From: Octopus sinensis
Lineage: Eukaryota
DNA: 64,000 nucleotides
Reading direction: 5' to 3'
NCBI RefSeq assembly: GCF_006345805.1
Contig: NC_043003.1
Location: 18,228,001 to 18,292,000, forward strand
The notes under the pieces were generated by a model that was not told the origin of the DNA, made no database searches, and saw only the letters and a program-made list of their open reading frames with translations. Below, one piece after another: positions 39,843 through 52,229 of this stretch. A program made the position numbers and the translations under genes. Within the stretch, counting starts at the first letter, position 1; each line of letters opens with the position of its first letter.

Positions 39843-40052
39843 CATGTATGTTTATGTGTCTGTGTTTGTCCCCCTAGCATTGCTTGACAACCGATGCTGG
39901 TGTGTTTATGTCTCCGTCACTTAGCGGTTCGGCAAAAGAGACCGATAGAATAAGTACTAGGCTTACAAAGAATAAGTCCCGGGGTCGAGTTGCTCGATTA
40001 AAGGTGGTGCTCCAGCATGGCCGCAGTCAAATGACTGAAACGAGTAAAGAGT
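39637..40052 (+). mobile_element. SINE family A inside a hAT-like MITE
   Basis: Full-length copy. Confidence 0.85.
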
Positions 40053-40232
40053 ATAATAAATTGATTATATTTATACAATACACAAAATAATTTAATATTT
40101 TTATATTACTCCTATTGATATTTAATTATAAAAATACAGTAAGATTTTTTTTTATATGAAGTGAATGGCTATGGGAGTCCAATAGTTTAAAATAGGAATC
40201 AATGGGTTCCATAGGCAAAAAGGGATCTAAGG

Positions 40233-40671
40233 CAGGGGTCTCCAAAGGTGCTGATAAATACATATTGTGATTATTATTATTATTATTATTTATTTATTGT
40301 ATATATCTGGGGTGGGGTCAAAGATTCCATGAAGGGGTTGATGGTCTAAAAAGTTTGGGGATCCCTGATCTAAGGCAGGGATCTCCAAAGTGGTTGATGG
40401 GACTATTCAAGGTGTTGATAAATGCACATTGTAATTATTATTATTATTCATTTATTTTCTTGTATATATCTGGGGGTGGGTCAATGAGGGGGTCAAAGAT
40501 TCCATGAAGGGTCTAAAACGTTTAGGGATCCCTGATCTAAGGCAGGGATCTCCAAGGTGTTGATAAATGCACATTGTGATTATTATTATTATTTATTTAT
40601 TGTATATATCTGGGGTGGGGGTCAAAGATTCCATGAAGGAGTCGATGGTCTAAAAGGTTTGGGGACACCTG
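40233..40671. mobile_element. Three tandem hAT-type MITEs separated by an identical 8-bp TSD
   Basis: Units 40233-40367, 40376-40534, 40543-40671; TIRs CAGGG(G/A)TCTCCAA and TTTGGGGA(T/C)(C/A)CCTG; ATCTAAGG occurs four times. Confidence 0.85.
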
Positions 40672-40798
40672 ATCTAAGGCAACATAATTGGGAGATTGAA
40701 TAGAAGAGGGAATTATGAAGAAAAAGAATCAGATTTGGGTGGTGATAGAGAGATATTGATAAGCAGTTACATATTGTTGCTAGGGAGATCAATATAGA

Positions 40799-40838
<40 letters not shown>

Positions 40839-40871
40839 GAAAGAATGGAGTCGAACGACGATTTAACAAAA

Positions 40872-40970
40872 TTCCTTTATTCTCGACATATGTTTCGAAG
40901 ACTGCATATTCCTAATTTTGGAGGAATAAAGGGTGCATTATGCCGCCTTCTCATCAGGAAAGACAAGGAA
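40872..40970 (-). ncRNA. Type I hammerhead ribozyme (left arm copy)
   Basis: Reverse complement of the 41169-41267 hammerhead; TCATCAG at 40951-40957. Confidence 0.8.
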
Positions 40971-41168
40971 CTTATGTCAGCATCATGACGAACAAAAACT
41001 TTTAGATGACTGCCCACACGGAGTCCATAGTGATAATGAGTGTTTCTTTAAAATATTCCGTTATAAGCAGTGTTATAACGGAATATTTTAAAGAAACACT
41101 CATTATCACTATGGACTCCGTGTGGGCAGTCATCTAAAAGTTTTTGTTCGTCATGATGCTGACATAAG

Positions 41169-41267
41169 TTCCTTGTCTTTCCTGATGAGAAGGCGGCATA
41201 ATGCACCCCTTATTCCTCCGAAATTAGGAATATGCAGTCTTCGAAACATATGTCGAGAATAAAGGAA
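41169..41267 (+). ncRNA. Type I hammerhead ribozyme
   Basis: TTCCTT..TTTC-CTGATGA(41182-41188)-GAAGGCGGCATA...TATGCAGTCTTC-GAAA(41243-41246)-CATATG-TC-GAGA..AAGGAA; predicted GUC cleavage after 41254; palindromic helix III ACATATGT. Confidence 0.85.
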
Positions 41268-41477
41268 TTTTGTTAAATCATCGTTCGACTCCATTCTTTC
41301 ATTTATTTATAGTTAAAAAAAACACACAAATTTCCACATGAAAGTACGTGATCTCTGCCCTTGGCATGTAACTTCAACCGTGTTTTCTGACGTGAATTTG
41401 CTACCCGGGTATCGGTTAACCGAATTATCCATACTAGGATAATTCATTCAACTACTTATATATATATATATATATAT

Positions 41478-41673
41478 GTGCAGGTGGCACGTAAAAAACA
41501 CCCACTACACTCTGGGAGTGGTTGGTGTTAGGAAGGGCATCCAGCCGTAGAAACACTGCCAGATCTGACTGGGCCTGACGAAGCCTTCCAGCTTCACAGA
41601 CCCCAGTTGACCCGTCCAACCCATGCTAGCATGGAAAGCGGACGCTAAATGGTGATGATGATGATGATGATGA
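41478..41673 (+). mobile_element. RTE-tail retroposon with (GAT)n end
   Basis: GTCCAACCCATGCTAGCATGGAAAGCGGACG...GATGATGAT; relatives at about 13320, 23680, 45500, 47270, 54345. Confidence 0.65.
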
Positions 41674-41859
41674 TATATATATATTCTTTTATTCTTTAAT
41701 TGAACAAATCATACCTAGGACTTATTCTTTGTAAGCTTAGTACTTATTCTATCGGGGTCTTTTGCTGAACTGCTAAGTTACAGGGATGTAAACACGCCAA
41801 CACCGGTTGTCAAATGATGGTGAGAAGACAAACACAGATGCACAAATACATACATACAT

Positions 41860-41908
<49 letters not shown>

Positions 41909-42292
41909 GGCAAGCTTCTTTCAGTTTATGTCTACCAAATTCAATCACAAGGCTTTGGTAGGCTCGGGGCTATTGTAGAAGACACTTTCCCAATGAGCCA
42001 TGCAATGGGATGGAACCTGGAGCCATATGGTTGGGAAGCAAGTTTCTTACAACACAGCCACCTCTGCACCTATATATATATATATTATATATATATATAT
42101 GTATGTGTGTGTGTATAAACAATTAATTTTTTTGTGGGTTACCTTATAACGTGTTTAAAAAGCTGAAAACAGCAGAAACACATAGACTGTAAATTCCCTC
42201 CATGGGGTCTCTGCTAATTTTTAATTTTTAATTTAAAAAAAATCTTTTTTCATATGTGGACACACACACGCACATATATATATATATATATA

Positions 42293-42538
42293 TACTCTTT
42301 TACTTGTTTCAGTCATTTTTGACTGCGGTCATGCTGGAGCATCGCCTTTAATCAAGTAACTCGACCCCGGGACTTATTCTTTTGTAAGCCCAGTACTTAT
42401 TCTATCAGTCTCTTTTGCCGAACTGCTAAGTAACTGGGACATAAACACACCAGCATCGGTTGTCAAGCAATGCTAGAGGGACAAACACAGACACACACAC
42501 ATGCACACACACACACACATGCACACACACACACACAT

Positions 42539-42595
<57 letters not shown>

Positions 42596-42758
42596 CACAG
42601 ATATACGACGGGCTTCTTTCAGTTTCCGTCCACCAAATCCACTCACAAGGCTTTGGTCGGCCCGAGGCTATAGTAGAAGACACTTGCCCAAGGTGCCATG
42701 CAGTGGGACTGAACCCGGAACCATGTGGTTGGTAAACAAGCTACTTACCACACAGCCA
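42293..42758 (-). mobile_element. SINE family A
   Basis: Copy with expanded (CA)n. Confidence 0.85.
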
Positions 42759-43832
42759 CATCATCATCATAATTTGAAACGGACATTAAATGTTGATGGG
42801 GATGGGGAAATGTCTGTATATGTATATGTATGTGTGTGTGAATGTACATCTGTATGTGTGTGAAAATATAGAGAGGTAGTGAGAGAGGGGAGATACACAC
42901 GCATACATACACACATACATACACACACATACATACGTACACACACACACATACATACATACATACATTTATGTGTGTATGCTTCTTCATTGTTCATGTA
43001 GCAAATTTTATTTACAAAGCTGTGGACAACCCAATATCATTTATTCATGGCACAAAAGGATTTATTTTTTATTATTTATTTATTTATTTAGCTATCTAGC
43101 TGAAAATAGAAGCTTTTTATCTTCCTGTTTGAATACATAAGTTAGAGTGTGAAACAGCACTGTACGTTAGGAGTGCTGCAGTGTAAGAGTGGATAAAGTT
43201 GATGTCCTGCTATGGGTGATGACCAGTGTAAGGAAAGGCTCGATGGCTAAATGGATAAGGTATTGAGTAACTTATTCAAAGTTTATGTGTTCAAACTCTT
43301 CTGTTGCTTATAATTGTTTCTGAGCTTTTTTTTTTTTTGCCTTCTTTTTTTTTTTCATGATTCCTGGTTATATAACTTTCGAAATGTTTTTGTTCTATCT
43401 ACTAAAATCTATACAAACATCTGACACTGGTTAAATTTTAATTATTTAAAAACCTGTCAAATCACAACCGACAGATCAGTCCTATGATATTAAGATTTTT
43501 TTTTTTTTGATAAGGAATACATAACACCAAAAGAATGCAAAATTTCGGCCTACTCATTCGAGAATGACAGGATAATATCATTAACTAGATTCCAATTTTC
43601 AATAGCAACATCTCTCAAATTATCATTTACAAATGACTTTAACTCACTTGAAAGCTTGAATCATCAACTTACCTCATTCTTACAAAGAGGAAAATTATCT
43701 TATCCATGGTTGATAGCTTTCATATTTAAGTCTGCTACGCCCAGTTTTATTTATAAATTGTATTTAACTGTTTGATTACAAATTCAGCGCTGCCATAATT
43801 TCCCCACTCACTACATTTATCCATCATCATCA

Positions 43833-43878
<46 letters not shown>

Positions 43879-44299
43879 CCTTCTTCTTCTTCTTCTTCTT
43901 CTTCTTCTTCGTTTAATATCCGCTTTCCATGCTAGCATGGGGTGGACGATTTGACTAAGGTCTGGCGAATCATCCAACCCATGCTAGCATGGAAAGCAGA
44001 TGTTAAACGATGATGATGATGAATGGATAAATGTAAATTTCTTTATGAGGCAACAAGCTGGCAGAATCATTAGCATGCCAGACAGACGCTTAGCGGCATT
44101 TCATCTGTCTTTACATTCTGAGTTCAAATTCCGTCAAGACCAACTTTACTCTTCGTTGTCCCCAGGTCAATAAAACAAGTCCCAGTTGATGTAATGAACT
44201 AGACCCCTTCCCTCAAATTTCAAGTCTTGTGCCTATTATATAGTAAAGTCTATTTAATTTCATTGCATTAAATATCTTGATTTTTTTTTCTTTTTCTAG

Positions 44300-44376
44300 G
44301 AAGCCAGCTATGAGAAGCTAAGGAATGAAGCCTTTGTTGATGAAGAATTTGAATCTTTTTGTAAAACTGTCACTGA
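44300..44376 (+). CDS. PIK3C2A: Class II PI3-kinase, internal exon (phase 0 to 2): EASYEKLRNEAFVDEEFESFCKTVT(E)
   Basis: Polypyrimidine-TAG acceptor, GTAAGT donor; joins in frame to 51342; resembles the segment just before the RBD in class II PI3Ks. Confidence 0.85.
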
Positions 44377-44524
44377 GTAAGTAACATTTTATTTACCTAT
44401 TCTTGTTGAGAGACTATCTGACACACTTTATCTTAAACTCTTTGGTTATGCACTGTAACTAATTAATTAGTCTATGCTAGTCAGTTCCTAGTTTGTCAGC
44501 TCTGTTTATACAATTCATCAACAT

Positions 44525-44933
44525 AGGCGTAGGAGTGGCTGTGTGGTAAGTAGCTTACTTACCAACCACATGGTTCTGGGTTCAGTCCCACTGCATGGCA
44601 CCTTGGGCAAGGGTCTTCTACTATAGCCTCGGGCTGACCAAAGCCTTGTGAGTGGGTTTGGTAGACGGAAACTGAAAGAAGCCCGTGGTATATATGTGTA
44701 TATATATATATATGTGTGTGTGTATGTTTGTGTGTCTGTGTTTGTCCATCCAACATCACTTGACAACCGATGCTGGTGTGTTTATGTCCCCATAACTTAG
44801 CGGTTTAGCAAAAGAGACAGATAGAATAAGTACTAGGCATCCAAAGAATAAGTCCTGGGGTCAATTTGCTCAGCTAAAGGCGGTGCTCCAGCATGGCCAC
44901 AGTCAAATGACTGAAACAAGTAAAAGAATAAGA
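44525..44933 (+). mobile_element. SINE family A
   Basis: Full-length copy. Confidence 0.85.
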
Positions 44934-45274
44934 GTTAAACTACATGCACATACACACACACACACTCCAGTGTATGCATATATATATATATATGAGGTGT
45001 TACCCAAAAGAAACCGAAATTTTGCAATATTATTTTAATTCACTTAGTTTTACATGTTTACACTTTTATGATCTTCAAAGTATTCTCCATTTGAAGCAAT
45101 GCATTGGTGCAGATGCATTTTCCGTTGTTCGAAGCAGGGCTAGAACAAAGTGATGCCTTTTAACACCTGTATCTCAGTCAAGAAGTGACTATGAAGCATG
45201 CAAATATAAGATATCAAAACTGACAATATGTGTGTATTTATATATTTGTATATTTATATGCATGTGTCTGTATG

Positions 45275-45356
<82 letters not shown>

Positions 45357-45436
45357 ATATTTGTATGCATATGTGTGTGTGTGTGTATATTTGTATGCAT
45401 ATGTGTGTGTGTGTGTATATTTGTATGCATATGTGC

Positions 45437-45467
<31 letters not shown>

Positions 45468-45748
45468 CATATGTATATTTGTATACATGTGTGTGTATAT
45501 CATCATCATCATTTAACATCCGCTTTCCATGCTAGCATGGGTTGGATGATTTGACTGAGGACTGGTGAACAAGATGACTGCACCAGGCTCCAATCTGATC
45601 TGGCAGAGTTTCTACAGCTGGATGCCCTTCCTAACGCTAACCACACTCCGAGAGTGTAGTGGGTGCTGGTAATGGCCATGCTCAGATGGTGTTTTTTACG
45701 TGCCACCTGCACAGGAGCCATATGTATATGTACATATATATGTGTGTG

Positions 45749-46281
45749 TCTGGAAACCGTTCAGTGATGTGCAACCAAGAGAATACCCTCCATCAGGCAT
45801 TTGCCATATTCTGAATGCCTTACTTCCCTGGGCATGGACACATTGAAACTCCAACGTCTGGCAGCTGACTTGGCAGACACCCATAAAATTATTAACCGTC
45901 TTACTAACAATAACTCTGAGCACTTTTTCAAACGCCACCTGTCTAACCCCAATGGACATGTTTACAAAGTCAGAAAACAACACAGCTCCCATGATTTTCG
46001 GAAACATTTTTTCACACTAAGAGTTGTTGAAGTATGGAACAAACTGCCGGCATCAGTTGTTAGTTGTCGGAGAACAGCATCCTTCAAAACTTCCATGCTT
46101 CCTGAGATTCGCCAACACTACGCCTGATTTTCTCCCCCTCCATACACACGCAAGCATGTATCTGACTCATACACTGTTCACTTTCCACACATTTGTACAT
46201 TACTGCTTATGCTTTATACGCACTTTTGACAAGTTGTAGTGCACCTGAGCACTGTACACAATAATTTCATTATTATTATTA
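45749..46281 (+). mobile_element. 5'-truncated CR1/L2-group LINE
   Basis: LETVQ*CATKRIP...LPYSECL..LGMDTL...RKHFFTLRVVEVWNKLPASVV ORF2 C-terminus, 3' UTR and (TAT)n tail. Confidence 0.85.
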
Positions 46282-46677
46282 TAGATATATGATAGCTGCA
46301 TGATGAGTTTTCGCGTGTTTAAAGCATAACACACACAGACAACAATTACGGTCTGCAATTTTGATCTTTACTAGTGACAATCACAAACTGCCTCATAATT
46401 AAAAATATTTTTCTCTCTTATCCACGCTCTGATACTTCACACGCTTCACAAATGGTTTTCACAAAAATTTCGCATGCCTCCATACCGTATATAAATGATT
46501 AAATTTGATAATATCTAATCGTATTTAGTTTTGTCAAAATTACATTGTCAGACACTGGTTGTTTCAGTTTGTGAAAAAACATAAGATATATGAAACACGA
46601 GCACATAATTGTATAAACTGTTATCCATATATAAAAGCTGGCTAAAATGCGGCTTGTGAGTTACATACAGCTTGCAA

Positions 46678-47036
46678 AGCTTGCTTACGAACCACATGGT
46701 TCCGGGTTCAGTCCCACTGCATGGCACCTTGAGCAAGTGTTTTCTACTATAACCTCGGGCGGACTAAAGCCTTGTGAGTGGATTTGTTAGACGGAAACTG
46801 AAAGAAGCCTGTCATGTATATTTGTGTGTGTGTGTTTGTGTGTCTGTGTTTGTCCCCCCAACATCGCTTGACAACCGATGCTGGTGTGTTTATGTCCCCG
46901 TAACTTAGCGGTTCGGCAAAAGAGACCGATAGAATAAGTACTAGGCTTACAAAGAATAAGTCCTGGGGTTGATTTGCTCGACTAAAGGTGGTGCTCCTGC
47001 ATGGCCACAGTCAGGCGACTGAAACAAGTAAAAGAG
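46678..47036 (+). mobile_element. SINE family A (5' truncated)
   Basis: Colinear with family A. Confidence 0.85.
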
Positions 47037-47487
47037 AAAAGTGAGAGAGTATATTCCTAACATAACTTTAATCCATTAGCACTTCAACTGACCGTATCTG
47101 GCCCGAATATTCTACCTGTTTCATAGTCAAACTGACCAGAACTAACCTCTTACCCCTGACTTACAATATCATCCTAGAAGTAAACAATCACATTATCAAA
47201 ATCTTGAAGCTACAAGCTAATGCATGATTAATTCAAAATAATGTGAATGAATAAGTATTAGCATCCAGTCCACACTCTAAAGTGGTTGGCCTTTTGGAAG
47301 GGCATCCAGCTGTAAAAAATCATGCCAAAACTGACCTCTCCTGTGTTGGTGCCACGTAAAAAGCACTCAGTCCACTCTGCAGGGTGGTTGGTGTTAGGAA
47401 GGGCATCTAGTCGTAAAAACCGTGCCAAAACAGCCTTCTGCCTAGCCAGCTCCTTTCAAACCATCCAGCGTGGAAAGCAGACGTTAA

Positions 47488-47709
47488 CCCTTTCGTTACC
47501 AACCCAGCTGAAACCACCTCTGGCTCTGTAGTACAAATGTCTTGTTTTCATAAGCTTTGAATTAAAATCTTCCACCAAAATTTAGTCACAGTTTATGTTC
47601 CTAACACTAGCTGAATGATAACTATGTTATTTTACTAAATTCTTTGTTATATTTAAAATTAATTGAAAGAAACACAGAGCATCTCAAAATAAATAAAGTA
47701 ACAAAAGGA
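47488..47709. mobile_element. piggyBac-like MITE
   Basis: TTAA-CCCTTTCGTTACC...GTAACAAAAGGA-TTAA. Confidence 0.75.
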
Positions 47710-48288
47710 TTAAATGATGATGATGGTGAAGGGGTAATCTGAATGCTAAGGAGTTATGATCCTACCTGACCTGACAGAGTTTAAAATAATAAATACCAAA
47801 AAATGAAGATTCATTTTGAGCCTTCAGCAAGCAGAGGTTTTTATCAATCTAGTTTAATGGATTAAACTGGGTAGTGGTATATTTTCTTATTTTTAAATAT
47901 GATTATAAAAATATGGATTTTGGGTTTTGAGCATAAAAAAATACATTTGGCCTTTTGCATCAAACAATGTAGCTGTGACTATGTAGTTTAAAACGTTTGC
48001 TTCACAACCACATGGCTTTGGGTTCAATCCACTTTGCGGAATTCTGAGTGTCTTTTTCTATAGCACCAGGCCAACCAATGCTTTATGAGTGAATTTGGTA
48101 GATGAAAACTGTGTGGAAGTGTGCCATATGTGTGTTTCGTTCTCTCTACATCTTTTTCCCTTCCAATCCTTTCTGTTGAAGAGCATAGGCTCAATACATC
48201 AAAGACTTTTCCATTCTTCCCAAGCCTTAAACTAATACACCTGCTTATTATTCCTTCACCCGTCTTTGTCTTTTGCAGTAAATTTGAT

Positions 48289-48327
<39 letters not shown>

Positions 48328-48751
48328 AAGGCAATGCTCCAGCATAGCCACACTCCAATGACTGAGACTAGTAAAGGACTATCCCCACTACACACGCACA
48401 TATGTGTGAAGGCATGTGGCCTAATGGTTAGAGTGTTGCACTCCCGATCGCTAGATTGTGTTTCAATTCCTGGACTGGGGGATGAATTGTGTTCTTGCAC
48501 AAAACACTTCATTTCACGTTGGTCCAGTCCACTCAGCTGTAAATAGGTAACACTGCAATAGAGTAGCCTTCTGGTCAGTGGAGAATGTTGGCCTGCCCAC
48601 CTTGCCAAATGGGGTGTCATCATTCGAAAGCTAAAACAATGCAAAGTGCATTGTGGCCAGTGATGTATAACAACATAAAATACCATGATACACACACACA
48701 CATACATACACACACACACACACCACACACACACACACAACACACACACAC

Positions 48752-48825
<74 letters not shown>

Positions 48826-49017
48826 TACACTAGTATTATAACCCGATTTCATTCAGTTCTATTCGGGCCACATTTTAATGATAAGGAATTTTGCCACACC
48901 TTTCAATTGAGCAAACTCAAAGTTGCAAATTTCTAGGTCAATCTGACTGCATTTACTAACACTTTTGCCTGCACAACTACTTGTGAGACAACGTCTGCCC
49001 TTTTCACAAATATATAG

Positions 49018-49051
<34 letters not shown>

Positions 49052-49796
49052 ATATATGTATGTATGTATGTATGTGTATATATATATATATATTTCAGCT
49101 CACTGTGGAATTAAGCCTATAGCATCTTCTCAGTTGCTTCAGATATGTATCAAGCTGACTAGGGTTTCGTAACAATTTTCTCCCTACCCCTACTTCTCCT
49201 CCTCCTCCATCCCCCCTTCTCCTCCTCCCCCTAAATTACCTGTTAAGCATGTTAAGAAACATGATGCTCTACAGTGAGCAAGATATGAGTGAAAGATCTG
49301 CAGCTAAAAAAGAATTGTTGCATCAGGTGTTCTGGTTACGCTATCGTCTTAATTTTTGCTGGGAAGGCCAGATGTAAGTAAAGCAGCGGGGGTGGGTGGG
49401 GGTAGGGGCAGCTGTACTGATACAAACGTCTGTTATTTAATAAAAACTGAGCAAGGTGGAAGCAGAAGCAGATTGTGAGTTGTAATGAAAGGTGTTGTGA
49501 AGCAGACCAAGAAAATTATGCATAGGAGCAGTTGTAAAGCTGTCCAACTTGTTTTAGCCCAGAGAAATATATGTTCAGAAAATCTGAGTGGTGATAGTGT
49601 GAATGAGGCCATATAATGCACGGGTTATGTTGCCGTTCAAGAATTTGGACCTGGAGATCTCCATTTCCAACGACTTCGAGGGCCACCTCCCAGTGGTGTC
49701 GAGCGCCAACGAAGAGCTCTTGACTACAGCAAGACGACCAAAGTTTTTTTGTTTTTTTTTCCAAGGTCTGGGGTCTGCCGCCCCTAAGCCCTAGAA

Positions 49797-49997
49797 CAGT
49801 ACTTTTCAAACTTTTTGCTGGAACGGAACCCCAAGGAAACATTCCACTGGCTCGAGGAACCCCTGTGCAATAATTTAACAGTCTTATGCACACATATCTG
49901 CACAGGAGAATTAAAAATTACTGCCGATTTTAGCAGTTTTGTAACTTCTTGCGGAAGTCCTAGACTGTACTGGCGGAACCCTGGTTGAAAACCACTG
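49797..49997. mobile_element. hAT-type MITE
   Basis: TIRs CAGTACTTTTCAAAC and GGTTGAAAACCACTG; TSD CCCTAGA(A/C); empty site visible in the paralog at about 36915. Confidence 0.85.
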
Positions 49998-50067
49998 CCC
50001 TAGACCATCACCTAATCACCCTTGCCCGTCTTGTTGCTTAACAACAACAACAGGTTATGTCTTGGGC

Positions 50068-50896
50068 CAGTGGTTCTCGACCATGTTTTGCCTGTGAACT
50101 CCTTTGGTTCCTTATTTTACTCTTGTGGACTTTCATAATCATTTCAATCTTTAAAAAAATTCCTATTATATTTTTTAGAATTAAATGTTATTAAGAATTG
50201 TTTAAAAAAAAGTTGTATTGGGTTGTCCGAAAAGTTTGTGCCGATTTTTAAAGGAAAGAAAAAGGTCCATAAATTCTTGCCATTACATTTTTAATCAACC
50301 AAATATGAACCATTTTGTTGCACAATGCATCTCCATCTTTCCTTTAACTTGAAAATACCCTCTTCCCAGAATTGAGGGGGTTTCATGGCAAAGAATTCAT
50401 CAAGGTATCTTTTTACGTCATCCAAGGAATTGAAATTTTTACCATTAAGACTATTCTGCAGAGACCTGAATAAGTGGAAATCTGAAGGAGCAATATCTGG
50501 TGAATATGGAGGGTGGGGTAACACATCCCAGCTGAGCTGCAGCAATTTTTGTCTGGTTCCCAAAGCATCAAGTGCTGAAAATGAACTTTCTTATCTTCCA
50601 TTTTAAAGGGTCACAGAATTAAAACAGGTTATAGGAACATAAACCTTCTTCCACGAAAAGATAGCTTAAACTGTGCTCTAAATGGAGGTGAAGTCAAATC
50701 CTATTTTATGGACTCAACCATGTTCTAGAATAAGTTGAAAGGTTAGCTACTATAAATCGGCACAAACTTTCCGGACAACCCAATAGAAATATTTTGTGTA
50801 TTATAGTAGTATAACTGGTTTATTGCACATAAATTTTTACAACAAAATCTTATATGGACTCCCAAAGGTCATGTGAGCTCCAGTTGACAACCACTG
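50068..50896. mobile_element. hAT-type MITE hosting the mariner derivative
   Basis: TIRs CAGTGGTTCTCGAC and GTTGACAACCACTG; related to 30481-31037. Confidence 0.65.
50218..50783 (-). mobile_element. Non-autonomous mariner (566 bp) with both TIRs
   Basis: ~30-bp TIR TTGGGTTGTCCG(A/G)AAAGTTTGTGCCGATTT, TA on both flanks, C-terminal transposase fragment HPPYSPDIAPSDFHLF. Confidence 0.92.
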
Positions 50897-51341
50897 CTGT
50901 AGGCAGTGGTGCTAATGGTAGTAGTAGTAATAGTAGCAGCAGCGGAAGTGGCAGCAATGTGTGTGTGTGTGTGTGTAGATTTCTGTTTGTTTCCTCACCA
51001 CCTCTGCTTGACTCCAGCATTGGTCTGTTTACATCCCCTTAACTTAACAGTTTGGCAAAACAGACTAATAGAATAAGTACCAAAATTATAAAAAAAAAAG
51101 AAAAATGAAAAAAACAGCACTAGTTATAATTTATTTAACTAAAACCTTCAAGGTAGGCAGTACCACAGCATGGGTGTGGCCTTTTGACTGAAACAAGTAA
51201 AATATAAAATATATATTTTAAATTCTAGACACTTTATTCATTCATCTAATTGATTATATTAACGTAATTACCTGTGTCAGTCATAAAATCTTGCGTTATA
51301 ATCTCCTGAAAAGTTTGTACAATGTTTGTATTTGATTTCAG

Positions 51342-51490
51342 ATTAAAGCACAAATACAAATCTGTGGATCATGTCACCAACCTCGGCTTCATCGTTAGTC
51401 CCATATGCAACTTCAGTAATGAAGCCAAGTCAATTAAAGTGGTTATACACACAAAGAAGCAAGTGGAAGCCTTTGAATTTACCTGTGATA
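51342..51490 (+). CDS. PIK3C2A: Class II PI3-kinase exon (phase 2 to 1): LKHKYKSVDHVTNLGFIVSPICNFSNEAKSIKVVIHTKKQVEAFEFTCD
   Basis: TTTCAG acceptor, GTAAGT donor; TNxGF/Y..SP and FTCD motifs at the start of the class II PI3K Ras-binding domain. Confidence 0.92.
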
Positions 51491-51841
51491 GTAAGTGATT
51501 CATTTTACAACAAATCTTGGCTGTGGGTGGTACAGGGCTCTGTTTTGTTTGCTGTTTTATTTCTTATTTTCTTGAACTCTTCTCCTGCAAAAATCAGATA
51601 TTTCCACTCAAAATTTAATTACTCCTTAACTGTGGAAAGTAGTTTTTTTTTGGTTTTTTTTATGTATCCTTGTCTGTTGTGTATGTTGGATATATAATAT
51701 AACAAAGCAGGTGGGAAAAAAAGTATATACACAACACACACCTATTACTATTTCATGAGACACTATTTCATGTAGTTACACTGAATATTGTTTAATTACA
51801 AAGAAATGTAATTTTCTTACATTTTTACAATATTTCATAAT

Positions 51842-52229
51842 AGGTACAGGAGTGGCTGTGTGGTAAGTAGCTTGCTTACGAACCACATGGTTCCAGGTTC
51901 AGTCACTGCGTGGCACCTTGGGCAAGTGTCTTCTACTATAGCCTCGGGCCGACCAAAACCTTGTGAATAGATTTGGTAGATGGAAACTGAAAGAAGCCTC
52001 TCGTATATATGTGTGTGTGTGTGTATGTTTGTGTGTCTGTGTTTGTCCCCCCAACATCGCTTGACAACTGATGCTGGTGTGTTTATGTCCCCATAACTTA
52101 GCAGTTCGGCATAAGAGACCGATAGAATAAGTACTAGGCTTACAAGGAATAAGTCCTAGGGTCGATTTGCTCGACTAAAGGCTGTGCTACAGCATGGCCA
52201 CAGTCAAATGACTGAAACAAGTAAAAGAG
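51842..52229 (+). mobile_element. SINE family A
   Basis: Full-length copy. Confidence 0.85.

Larger units (their letters stand above)
40833..41456 (+). mobile_element. Penelope-like element terminal repeat with inverted 5' copy (474-bp palindrome plus ~150-bp tail)
   Basis: 234-bp arms with 3 mismatches by my count, 6-nt spacer, hammerhead followed by AATAAA, flanked by (TA)n on both sides. Confidence 0.8.

Noticed and set aside
40225-40679. Repeat-spacer (CRISPR-like) pattern
   Set aside because: The spacers are homologous MITE copies and the repeat is an 8-bp TSD
51371-51697. ORF-track protein overlapping the exon
   Set aside because: Wrong frame; the real exon 51342-51490 uses another frame bounded by splice sites
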